Virus record (IMG/VR): IMGVR_UViG_3300030330_004093
Location: 1 to 64,000 of that record
Origin: a virus
Taxonomy: Duplodnaviria; Caudoviricetes
Strand: one strand, 5' to 3'
DNA length: 64,000 nucleotides
Shown here: one piece after another, positions 8,433-19,000 of the stretch
Numbering within the stretch: the first letter of the stretch is position 1
Layout: every line of letters starts with the position of its first letter
Position numbers and translations under genes: made by a program
The notes under the pieces: model-generated
Seen by the model: the letters and a program-made list of their open reading frames with translations, nothing else
What the model was told of the DNA's origin: nothing
Databases searched by the model: none

Positions 8433-10184
8433 ATGGATAATAGATACAAATATAGGTTAAATGAAAACGAGTCAAAATCTGATATAAACGAAGACTCATT
8501 TAGTAAGGTTTCTTTTAATAATGAAAGAAGGTTACTACCTGTAGGTGAAATAAATCATATAGTTGACTTAGGTGAACAATTTAATAAAGAAAGAAACTCT
8601 TCATTTATTTATAGGCTACAAGGAACAGTATGTCCATTATTCAGCAACCCATTAATGAACCCAACTGGTAACGACCCAACTAACCCTCTTAAAAAAACAG
8701 ATAATGGTTTAGATATATTTGACAACCCTTTATTTACAAACCCACAAATTGGTAATAATATAGATTACCCAGAAGCTTACAATAAATATTTAATAGAACG
8801 TGATGGCTGGTTTGGTTTTACTGAACCAGATATAACGAAAGAAGGGTTATGTGATTTCTATTATATAGAACCAGGAAAAGATAAATTTGACTTAAATTCA
8901 AGTCTACCATATAAAAATTGGGAAATAACAGTAACTTACCCATACGCTAGTGATAGCGGTCATACAGTTGTAGGAGACACAGCGCTTAATATAAATGGAT
9001 TATTACTTATTCAAGCCGAGCCAGTTATTGTCGGTGGTAAACCAATGACAGCTTTAGCTACATCAACAAGACACGGACTAGAAAATGGTGATAGAGTTAA
9101 AATAACCACCACATCATCATTTGTAACTGATGGTGAATATACAGTCAAAAGGCTGGGGCTAGATAACGGGGATTACATTCAAAATTATTTTGTTATTGAC
9201 GTAGACCCAGCATCATTGTCAACAGCTTTACCCACTGCATTTAACGGTAGACTCCAAAAAATAGTTGGAGGTCAATTATCTGTATATTATTTAAGAAAAT
9301 TTAAAAAATTAGTAATAAATAATGGTGATTATGAAATGTATCCTTTAGCGTTTAGCAAGACAATATTTAATGACGGTAACTATCAGTTTGTAATTAATCA
9401 AGATATTGATTTAGAAGGGCTAAAAGATAATTTAGGTAGACCAATTAGTGAGTTATATGTTACATTCATAAAAACAGATAGTGACAACACCTTTGGGTTA
9501 TTAAAATCAGGTTTAGATTTAGAAGATTTATTATATAACAAAGACAACATCCTTCTTTCAAATGTAAGAAGAATACATGACGGAACAACAACACCAGTTC
9601 CAACACACACACCCTTAACGAATGATTTGTATAGAGATTATATTAGTAATTCTATTGATGAGTTTTATGGTGATGTTGTAGAATATAATAAATATACATT
9701 AACCGAAACAGTACTTGCTAATGTATTACATAGATTCAATACAGTAGGTAGAGAAACTTCAAATAGTGGAAGCCCTCTAGCTAAGGGTCCTAGAAGAGAA
9801 GGGTACCTATATAACCCACATCACTTATATACAGTAAGAGATTTTTCATCATACATAGAACAAGGCGATTCATCAACTGACGGTATTCCTGATTATGCTG
9901 AAGATTTAGGTGACGGTAGATTTCTATGGAGAGATTTACTAGATATTGGGTTTAGTGATGGAGCTAATGAAGGTGTTAATTACCCATTTACCAATGGAGC
10001 ACATTATTTACACCGAAACATATGTTTTATGACCACAAGGCAAGACCCATTTAATAATTACGGTCTATATTATGACGGTAACACAATTGGTCCGTATACT
10101 ACTACTCCATTTGACCCAGCTGACCCAATTGGTGATGCATTAACGGATAACTTTATAGTAAAATCGAGTCAAAATGTTTGTTAA
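8433..10184 (+). CDS. Putative virion structural protein (contains HGLENGDRVKI beta motif)
   Basis: 583-aa ORF in the structural operon. Confidence 0.6.
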   Translation: MDNRYKYRLNENESKSDINEDSFSKVSFNNERRLLPVGEINHIVDLGEQFNKERNSSFIYRLQGTVCPLFSNPLMNPTGNDPTNPLKKTDNGLDIFDNPLFTNPQIGNNIDYPEAYNKYLIERDGWFGFTEPDITKEGLCDFYYIEPGKDKFDLNSSLPYKNWEITVTYPYASDSGHTVVGDTALNINGLLLIQAEPVIVGGKPMTALATSTRHGLENGDRVKITTTSSFVTDGEYTVKRLGLDNGDYIQNYFVIDVDPASLSTALPTAFNGRLQKIVGGQLSVYYLRKFKKLVINNGDYEMYPLAFSKTIFNDGNYQFVINQDIDLEGLKDNLGRPISELYVTFIKTDSDNTFGLLKSGLDLEDLLYNKDNILLSNVRRIHDGTTTPVPTHTPLTNDLYRDYISNSIDEFYGDVVEYNKYTLTETVLANVLHRFNTVGRETSNSGSPLAKGPRREGYLYNPHHLYTVRDFSSYIEQGDSSTDGIPDYAEDLGDGRFLWRDLLDIGFSDGANEGVNYPFTNGAHYLHRNICFMTTRQDPFNNYGLYYDGNTIGPYTTTPFDPADPIGDALTDNFIVKSSQNVC

Positions 10185-11046
10185 AAAATATAAATTTGTA
10201 AATAACTTAACTGGAGACACTGGATACAATATTAATGTACCAGTGGGTAATAATAGTGGGTTTGTTGGCCAACAAGAAATAATAGAAAAAGACTTTATAG
10301 ACATTGAAGTTGAAAAAGCTGTTAACATTACATTTGATTACGAAAAAGTTAAATTATTACCAGTACATAACACAGATGGAATATTAGAAAATATAACATA
10401 TACGGTTAATTTATTAGACTCTACCGCAACAGCCTTTAACACATCACTTAAATGGAGTGATATTGGTTTTAACGATGATGATTTAAGGTTTAAAAAGAAA
10501 TCATTTACTAAATCATTTTTAAGGTTAGATTTTTACGATAGTGATATTGTGAGTAACCAAAATCTAATATCATTTATTACGTTATTCCCTGAATTTAGTA
10601 ATGAAGATATGATTGGTTTTTCAATACCACAAGCTATAAATTATTCAGTAAGTTTTAAGTTAGGAAATACATTAGTAGATAGGGATAGAAACGGAGAAGG
10701 GTTTGCTTTATATCATTTTAAAGATGAAGTCTTACCAAACCCATTACCATCTAAGAATTTATATATGAGAGCCACCTTTAATAATGCAAAGGAGGGTACA
10801 TCAATAGGTTTAATGTCTAGCGACTCTTTAACTCTAAGTATTGATGACTTAATAGGTAGTACTGAAGGTACAACTAATAAAAATAATTTATATACCAAAT
10901 ATATATTAACTAGAAACGCTACTGGATATTATTACAAAATAGATGATACTTATTCTAATAATGTAGCTTACGAAAGCCCAACCACTACACCATCTAGTAC
11001 TACTAATGATTATATAATTAATTTATACCAAATAAACGCTATTTAA
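10174..11046 (+). CDS. Putative virion structural protein
   Basis: Overlaps both neighbours; FTKSFLRLDFYDS motif. Confidence 0.6.
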   Translation: MFVKKYKFVNNLTGDTGYNINVPVGNNSGFVGQQEIIEKDFIDIEVEKAVNITFDYEKVKLLPVHNTDGILENITYTVNLLDSTATAFNTSLKWSDIGFNDDDLRFKKKSFTKSFLRLDFYDSDIVSNQNLISFITLFPEFSNEDMIGFSIPQAINYSVSFKLGNTLVDRDRNGEGFALYHFKDEVLPNPLPSKNLYMRATFNNAKEGTSIGLMSSDSLTLSIDDLIGSTEGTTNKNNLYTKYILTRNATGYYYKIDDTYSNNVAYESPTTTPSSTTNDYIINLYQINAI

Positions 11047-11930
11047 TGGAGTTAATTAAAAGAAAAATATCACTTGATGACTACACCAGTAGAAAAAAAG
11101 AAAATTGGGGACAGATAACCGCAACAACCTTTAATCTAAATGTGTTCTTTACGCAAGACGGGGATGATATGGGTATCGGTACAGACATGCCATTTATAGC
11201 CAAGGATAACTCAATTATAGTTCCAAGTATTTTTTATAATAAACCACCTAATGGTGAGTTATTAACTAAATTATCTGATAGTGGATATACATTCACATTT
11301 ACAGACGGAAGAAAAACTAATGTTGTTGTTAATAGCGCATTTCCAAATACTAGAAATCCAAATAAAACAATTAGTGATTACTATATTAGTGGAGGTCCAA
11401 CAACAGGATTAACAGAAGATAGATTAGACGTTGTAACTTCATACGATAGTGCCGAACCTTATAAAATAGATTTTGACATAACTAAATCTTCAGATATTGA
11501 TTATCAGGGCACTCCATATGACAATACAATAAAGGTAAAGTACAACGACAACGTAAACCCAATAAAATATTTAATTAATGGTGATGACGGCGAACTTATA
11601 GATTTAAACAACCCAGAAATTAAAAAAGGTGTTTTTTACGTTACTACAACAGCAGAAACGAGAACTGTAAATAGTCAACAATATGGAATATCTAATATAC
11701 CATTTACTGAAATGTATTATAATTCAGAAGGGTTTAATCAGACAAATGTAGAATTATCGGCAACAACTAAGGAAGAATATCTATTTGGAATAACATCATC
11801 ACCAACAGTATTTAATGACTTATTTATTGACAGAGGAAGAGCCACTGTTATACAGAGTCATATGCAATTAGGTGAGATAAAGAATATGGAAGATTTAATA
11901 AATTATGGAAATGGCTTTTATAATTTATAA
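11046..11930 (+). CDS. Putative virion structural protein
   Basis: TAATG coupling; C-terminal DLFIDRG...LGEIKNMEDLINYGNG. Confidence 0.6.
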   Translation: MELIKRKISLDDYTSRKKENWGQITATTFNLNVFFTQDGDDMGIGTDMPFIAKDNSIIVPSIFYNKPPNGELLTKLSDSGYTFTFTDGRKTNVVVNSAFPNTRNPNKTISDYYISGGPTTGLTEDRLDVVTSYDSAEPYKIDFDITKSSDIDYQGTPYDNTIKVKYNDNVNPIKYLINGDDGELIDLNNPEIKKGVFYVTTTAETRTVNSQQYGISNIPFTEMYYNSEGFNQTNVELSATTKEEYLFGITSSPTVFNDLFIDRGRATVIQSHMQLGEIKNMEDLINYGNGFYNL

Positions 11931-11967
11931 ACACAAGATATTTATAATAAAGATAAAATAAATTAAT

Positions 11968-12879
11968 ATGAGTTCAGGAGTTTACGGTACAATAAGACCA
12001 GCAGATATGTCCCCAGAGGATGTTGAAATCACTGTGTTTTATTCAGAAAGTAGAGAAGCTAGTAATACTAATGTGTTTAAGTTAGATTCTTCTAATTTAA
12101 CGCCAATAAATAATCCTAATAATTCAAGTGGATTTGAGGTTTTTGGTGGTTTATACACGCTAAAATTACCAGTTAGTGATTTTGGAAGTAAGGGTATATA
12201 CACCATAACATTTAAACCTAGAGAAATTAGAACAAGAATAGTTGATTGTGGTGTTTTATCAGCATTCCCTGATATTAAGGGAATTGTTTTTGACACATCT
12301 GACCCCAATTTAAGTCAAGTACTTGAATCTTTTGAAAATAACAATTTAGTTGGTTATAGAATAGAATATATTAATACCGATACAAATGTAGCGGATAAAA
12401 AAATAAAAAATTTCTTTAGAATAGTTACTTCAAATAACAGAGCAGAGCCAGTTAATCAAAATTTAACAAATACTAATCAAAAAGCAATTAGATATAGATT
12501 TAATGATAACTCAACACTTTCATTTTGTACGTTATCACCATCAGCACCAAATAATGTTAATCCAAATGTATTACCATTTATCGGGGCACCTAATCAAGAA
12601 GTTATTATAACCAACACTTTCTTCTCACCATTTATTATGGAGGTTGAAATTGTTGATTATGATATTGAGAGCTTAGCTATTGGTATGTTTGGTAATCAAA
12701 GTAAGAGTCTTGAAGACGGTATTTACACTATCTACAATTTTGACGATGATATTTACAAACAATATAACTTATACGAAATTAAAGATAGATTTAGCGGTAA
12801 ACCATTATTTGAAATTAAAGAAAATAGACTTAATAATATTGATTTCGGAAAAGAATTCGGTGACGTATCAAACACATAA
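11968..12879 (+). CDS. Putative virion structural protein
   Basis: 303 aa; preceded by TATTTATAATAAAG (11939-11952). Confidence 0.6.
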   Translation: MSSGVYGTIRPADMSPEDVEITVFYSESREASNTNVFKLDSSNLTPINNPNNSSGFEVFGGLYTLKLPVSDFGSKGIYTITFKPREIRTRIVDCGVLSAFPDIKGIVFDTSDPNLSQVLESFENNNLVGYRIEYINTDTNVADKKIKNFFRIVTSNNRAEPVNQNLTNTNQKAIRYRFNDNSTLSFCTLSPSAPNNVNPNVLPFIGAPNQEVIITNTFFSPFIMEVEIVDYDIESLAIGMFGNQSKSLEDGIYTIYNFDDDIYKQYNLYEIKDRFSGKPLFEIKENRLNNIDFGKEFGDVSNT

Positions 12880-12884
12880 AATAA

Positions 12885-15800
12885 ATGAGTCAAGACGATA
12901 GAATAAGAGTAGTCGGTTATGCACAAAGGGTATTTTATGGTGACGGTATAGAATACAGAAACTTTAGTAGCGATATAGTTGGTAATCAAGGAACAGAAAG
13001 CCCTGATGGAAATACATCTGTATTTACTTTTGGTAACTTTGTTACAACAACTAACTATGAAGGTAGGACTAGTAGGATATTCAGCACTAACAAATTTAGT
13101 AACTATTACTCTTTAGATACATATAACCTATTACCAGGTGAAAACAAGACATTAATTAAAAACAATGTCAATGTAACCCTAAATTTAGATAATAGTGATT
13201 TATCTAATTTTGTATATTTTGGTTCTTCGACAGAATTTATTAGAGTAACACTTGAAAAAATTATTACAGATTGGCCAGCCTCACTATATTTGACACCACT
13301 TAGAACAGATGGTGCTAATACTGTTGTAGGTAATACAGTATCCAACTACACTTATGACCCAGCTTTAAACAAATCAAGATTTGAGGTAGATACAAACTTT
13401 ATAGATAATAAGTTTAATATAAACTACCTAAAAACTGGCACAATCATTAACACATTTAATGAAAAAAACACTACCAGAAACCTTACAGTTAATTTCAATA
13501 AATACGCTGTAGCGATTAATGGAAACGAATACAATATAATAAGTTTTAGCGGAGCAAATACACCCACTAACGATATTATAACTATTGAAACAAAGGGTGA
13601 CCCTTTTGGGTTTAATGGTTCAGTAAATTCAAACCCAACTTACCATATAAGACCAAATTCGGAAAACGTAGAGAGTTTTTTTAATGCATTAAGTGATTAT
13701 GAAACAAATTTATTAAATAGACTTACAGTTCCAATATATACATCAAAATTTGAATTTAAAAAACAAGAAGACGATGGTACGGTAAGTCTTGGTGAAGAAA
13801 CATTATCTTGGCCAGTATCAGACGGGTACAATATTGACTTCGATACTACAGATTATGTTAGTTTCGTAACTAAACTACTAGAGATTAGTAAAGATAAAGA
13901 CGGTATTGAGACAAACCTAATGACTAGGTTCTTAACCGCTCAAGCAATATCTGACTTCGACACACTACCATCATACAATGGTACTGATGATGAAACTGCG
14001 GGTCAAAAAATGAACAGAACTCTTAAGATTTACGGTAGAGAGTTTGATGAAATTAAGAAATATATTGACGGTATATCATTTGCTAACGTAGTATCTTACG
14101 ATAAAAAGAAAAATACACCAGACCAACTAGTAAAATACCTAGCAAGGGTCTTAGGGTGGGAATTAACCAGTTCTATCGTTGAAAACGACTTAGTAAAGTC
14201 ATACTTGAACGTTGGCGCAAGAAGTTACGCTGGATATAGTAGAGGATTGACCCCAGCAGAAGCCGAAATTGAATTATGGAGAAGACTTATACTTAATTCA
14301 TCTTGGATTTGGAAATCTAAGGGTACTAGAAAGGCTATAGAGTTCTTTTTTAAGTTAATAGGTACTCCAGATGGTCTTATAGATTTTGATGAATACGTTT
14401 ATGTGGCTAAAGAACCTATTGACATGGATTTATTCTATGCAACTCTAAAAAATAATGATTTAGATAATGATTTATCTTTATATAACGTTGATAGTGATGG
14501 ATATCCTAAGTTTTTAAGAGATACCCCTAACATGTACTTCCAAAAAGGTGGTCAATGGTATAGAGAAACAGCTGGAGAAAACGCAAGTCAATACATATTA
14601 GCTGGAAATAACCCACATGTTGGTCCGTATGATGGTGGTAAGGAGTATATCAACCAATTGGAGAATATTATACCTTCATTTACACCATTTACACTTACAT
14701 CAACAACAGTAACTACAGGAACTACAAAATTATTTACAAATTATAATTCTGGATTAATAAACCAATATACTGGTGACACCTATGTAACATTACAAAATGA
14801 TGACGGTATTGATTTAACTGGTAAAATTAACTCTACAACAAACATCATTAAAGACCCATTCCCTCAAACAGAATTAACGGACTGTGGTTGTGATGTTCCA
14901 GAAGATGATGAATGTTTAATAGTAGATATAGACGTACTAGACGTAACCGCCTTAGACAACTGCGAAATAGAATTATACTCTCCAGATTACAATTACACTC
15001 CATTTAGTTCTACACCTGGATGTTACGGACAAATTAATAGGTTAGATATAACAACTTGCTGGATACATAAATGGAACTCAGGGTTTTGGTCTATATCAAA
15101 TAAAAAATACGACATGGCTGGCACTCCAGTACCAAACGCATTTACTATTAATAAGTTTATAAGTCCAGAATGTTGTGCTATTGAAGATATTGATTCCTCA
15201 ATATTTAAAGAGCGGTTATTCAAGCATAGTGATAGATTTTATCTAGGTGGTATACCATACTACCACGATGATTATGAATTTATAGGTCAACCTACACCAG
15301 AATCTACTGGTGTTTTAGATATTATAAATTTTTCTGACCGAGGTATTCAAGAAGTAAGCCAATATAATACGGAAACTTATAATTATACAATCCCTACACC
15401 AACAATCGGTGGTGGTGATATATACAACCCTGCTGATTTAAACTTGTCATGGAAATTAGTAAATTCTGGTTATTTATGCTTGAGAAAGGATTATAGCCCC
15501 CCAACCTTACCTGAAACATTTGTTACTGACGGCTATTATGGTTCTAATATACAAGACCACTACACTAAAGCAGAACTACACTTAGCGGGTCCGTCACCAT
15601 TAATATCAAACAGTTGGATGCTAAATGGTCCATCAATAAGTGATATGTATACAGACCCAAGTAACGGTTATGTTTATTTAAAATTTAAAAAACCAAATGG
15701 CGATTTTACAATAACTTCGGATACTGATACAGGTATGTTTCCAATCCAACCTTATGGTACACCTTCAACCCCAACACCATGGTGCGAAGTACCCCAAGTT

Positions 15801-15986
15801 CCAGGTCAGCCTTACGAAACAATACTTGACCCATACACTGGTAAAGTTGGATACCCTTGTAGGTTAACTAATTTTGCTAAAAATCACATTAATAATAATC
15901 CAACATATACAAACTCAGTATACCAAACATACTTACAAAGAGCTATAGGTATTATAGGGGCTACTGATTATTTTTTAATACCATAA
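12885..15986 (+). CDS. Baseplate wedge/tail protein with P2 gpI / T4 gp7-like motif
   Basis: LVKYLARVLGW...IWKSKGTRKAIEFFFKLIG; Cys/Pro-rich C-terminus. Confidence 0.7.
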   Translation: MSQDDRIRVVGYAQRVFYGDGIEYRNFSSDIVGNQGTESPDGNTSVFTFGNFVTTTNYEGRTSRIFSTNKFSNYYSLDTYNLLPGENKTLIKNNVNVTLNLDNSDLSNFVYFGSSTEFIRVTLEKIITDWPASLYLTPLRTDGANTVVGNTVSNYTYDPALNKSRFEVDTNFIDNKFNINYLKTGTIINTFNEKNTTRNLTVNFNKYAVAINGNEYNIISFSGANTPTNDIITIETKGDPFGFNGSVNSNPTYHIRPNSENVESFFNALSDYETNLLNRLTVPIYTSKFEFKKQEDDGTVSLGEETLSWPVSDGYNIDFDTTDYVSFVTKLLEISKDKDGIETNLMTRFLTAQAISDFDTLPSYNGTDDETAGQKMNRTLKIYGREFDEIKKYIDGISFANVVSYDKKKNTPDQLVKYLARVLGWELTSSIVENDLVKSYLNVGARSYAGYSRGLTPAEAEIELWRRLILNSSWIWKSKGTRKAIEFFFKLIGTPDGLIDFDEYVYVAKEPIDMDLFYATLKNNDLDNDLSLYNVDSDGYPKFLRDTPNMYFQKGGQWYRETAGENASQYILAGNNPHVGPYDGGKEYINQLENIIPSFTPFTLTSTTVTTGTTKLFTNYNSGLINQYTGDTYVTLQNDDGIDLTGKINSTTNIIKDPFPQTELTDCGCDVPEDDECLIVDIDVLDVTALDNCEIELYSPDYNYTPFSSTPGCYGQINRLDITTCWIHKWNSGFWSISNKKYDMAGTPVPNAFTINKFISPECCAIEDIDSSIFKERLFKHSDRFYLGGIPYYHDDYEFIGQPTPESTGVLDIINFSDRGIQEVSQYNTETYNYTIPTPTIGGGDIYNPADLNLSWKLVNSGYLCLRKDYSPPTLPETFVTDGYYGSNIQDHYTKAELHLAGPSPLISNSWMLNGPSISDMYTDPSNGYVYLKFKKPNGDFTITSDTDTGMFPIQPYGTPSTPTPWCEVPQVPGQPYETILDPYTGKVGYPCRLTNFAKNHINNNPTYTNSVYQTYLQRAIGIIGATDYFLIP

Positions 15987-16060
15987 GATAATAAAGATAT
16001 TTTAATTTACATTTTGAAAAAATAAACTAGATTAAGAGATAATTATAATAAAGAAATTAC

Positions 16061-19000
16061 ATGCCAGCGATTTGTAAAACCAAGAGCGACTACGATAGTC
16101 TAAATTATACCATTAAAGAAATGGATAACGGTACCGTATCGTTATTTGATAATACTGGACAACCTGTAAATGAGCATGAAACCAAACCTTGTTGTGAGTT
16201 ACTTGGTTATACATTTGACATTGAAAATCAAAAATGTAGATGGGCAGCAAATACTAATGTTAATGAGTTATTCAAAGTAGTACTAAATCCAGATGGAAAC
16301 TCTAGTACACTATTTGAAGTTGAAGAAAATGAAACATGTTCATTAGAGGTATCATTTGATTATTTATTCTTATTTAAGTGCGATGATTTAATAACAGCTA
16401 AAGCTATAAGAAATGGTGTTACAGCAACAGCTGGGTCAACACTTATAGATAATCAAATAAAAATTGACAACTTAGAAGCTGAGATAAGTACATTAACTAA
16501 TCAACGTGATTTTTATCAAGACCTTGTTGATAACCACAACTCTCCACCTTTGGTGGTCGAATGTATGGGTCTAACCCTTAACAACTACTGTTTAACAACT
16601 CAGGGTGAAATAGCATGGAATAGTATATTAGATGATAAAGACGTTGCAAACGTTGCAAACGGGACCATACCATCACTACCATCACCAAGCTCTTATATCA
16701 AATGGAGCGGCTCACGAGGGACAGACACTTCAATGTATGGTTGTGATGATGTAAATAATTTAATAAGCTTAAATGATATAGAATTAGCATCAGGGAACCC
16801 CCCGTTAATAGAACCTACTTGTAATTATACTATATTTGACAAAAAGAAATCTGACGATGATTTAGTAACTAACCAAACGGCAAAGAGTGATGCTCAAGCT
16901 AAGTTAGATGATAAAATAAATGAATTAGATTTGTTCTTAACGTCAATTGGGGCTGACTCATCGTCAAATTCCACACCTGTTGAATGTGGTGAATATATAG
17001 ATATGTTTGAAAACTTTGACACATCATTTACTGTTGAAGTATTAGGTCCAAGCGGTACAGCTTTAACTACTGTATATGAAGAAGATTTAATAACTATAGG
17101 TGCTGGTAATCTATATAGTTATATAGATTCATCTAGTGGTAAAACTGGTATATTAATTAGTGGTGATACCGCTTTAATGCCTACATTAGAGGAAACAGAA
17201 TTATTTGACCTGTCTGCTGATTTATGTAGTCAAATAAGGGATACATTAGTTACAGATATATTTGACCAATACTTGGAAAACAACCCGTTTCCAAGTACAG
17301 AAGAAGAAAAAACAAAAATATTTAAAAAATTAACAGAATGGTATCAGTCATCTTGGTTAGAATACAAAACAGTAATTACCGATGAGAGCGTTATATCATT
17401 ATTAGAGAATGAAAAAATAAACATTTCAGTCTCTATAAATGATACTTGTGTTAATTTTTCTATCCTATTAGATAGGATAAAAATGAATAAAGTTTGTACT
17501 AAGGTTGATAATGTAAAGGAATTTATATCTGAACCGCCAAAGTTTGAATTAAGTAGAATTCCAGATAATCAAAAATCTTGGTTAGCTAACACTACTAGAG
17601 ATTATAGATATTCAAATTTAAAATATAGAGGAACAGAATACAATACGAATCACCATAAATTAGTGGTAAACACTAAAGAGGTTGATTTGACACTTAGTCC
17701 AGCTAGAGCAGTTGAACAAGATGTGTGGTGCTATGTTTCTGATAATAACTGCATATTAGAAGGATGTGTATCTAGTGGAGAAACATATAGCGCATTTACT
17801 TGCCCCTCTGGATACACTTTAGACACTGACGGTAATAGTTGTACTAAACTAACCACAACTGGCGTTACAACGTCTGCAACAACCTACACGATAGGTGCTG
17901 GAGTTGGTTTAACTAAACCAGTACATTCATTATCTAGAGGAACTATATTTATTGAAGATATTACAGATAAAACTTGGCCTATATACTGGACTGGTACAAC
18001 TAAAGATAGTTGGGTTGGTCCTTATTATAATTCAGACTATTTAGTAGATTCTTCTGGTAATTATTTAAACCATACAGGATTCGGTTCAAACACTTTTACA
18101 GACGGTTCATTAGACTACGTATCACCAAACGCATTTAGTGGTATTAAGAGTGAGTACGGTAAAAGCAATTCAAGTATATACAGTGGTAAATTAAACCCAA
18201 ATATACTTTGGGGAGGTACGGACGGTTCTGTATCTGGGACACCATATGTCAACATAAGTAATACGGATAACGCTGGTAGACTTTTAAATGCATCTATATG
18301 GTCAACAGGATTGACACCAAGTAATGAATGGATTGGAGTTTCTTATTGTTTTGAATTAACCGAAACTAAAGTTTATAGATTAGGATTTGCTGGTGACGAT
18401 GATGTTAGGGTTAAGGTTAATGGTAAATACATCTTTAATTCAACCACAACACCATCACACGATATTAATATACATAAAAACTTTAGCGCATCGTATTCAA
18501 GAACAGCACAAAGTTATTTAGTTGTTGGTGTTAGCTTACCAGCTGGTAAAAACATCATAGAAGTAGAAGGGTACAATACAATTTTAGGTGTTTCAGGGTT
18601 CGTATTAGAAGTATATGACGCTACAGAAGCACAATTAATGAACATGAGATACGAAACTGAATTAAATTCGGTTAGAGTATTTAGTACAGCTGATAGAATA
18701 GGACAAACCTTTGACCTAGGTGAAGAAAGTGCAAATTCATGCCCTACTGGATACGCTTACGACAATTGTAACTCAGCAAGTACATCTTGTGTTTTAATAG
18801 AAAGAACATTTAGAGAAACTGAACAATTAGATGAATACTGTCCATGTCCGACATATCCACTAATTGCTAAAGATTACTCTGGAACAACAATTGAATTACC
18901 ACTAACAGCATCAACAACCACATTTAGTTGTAGTGGCTTAACAACATTTGTTGATAACTATAGCGGAACTACCACAATACAAGATGTTGAGATAATAAAA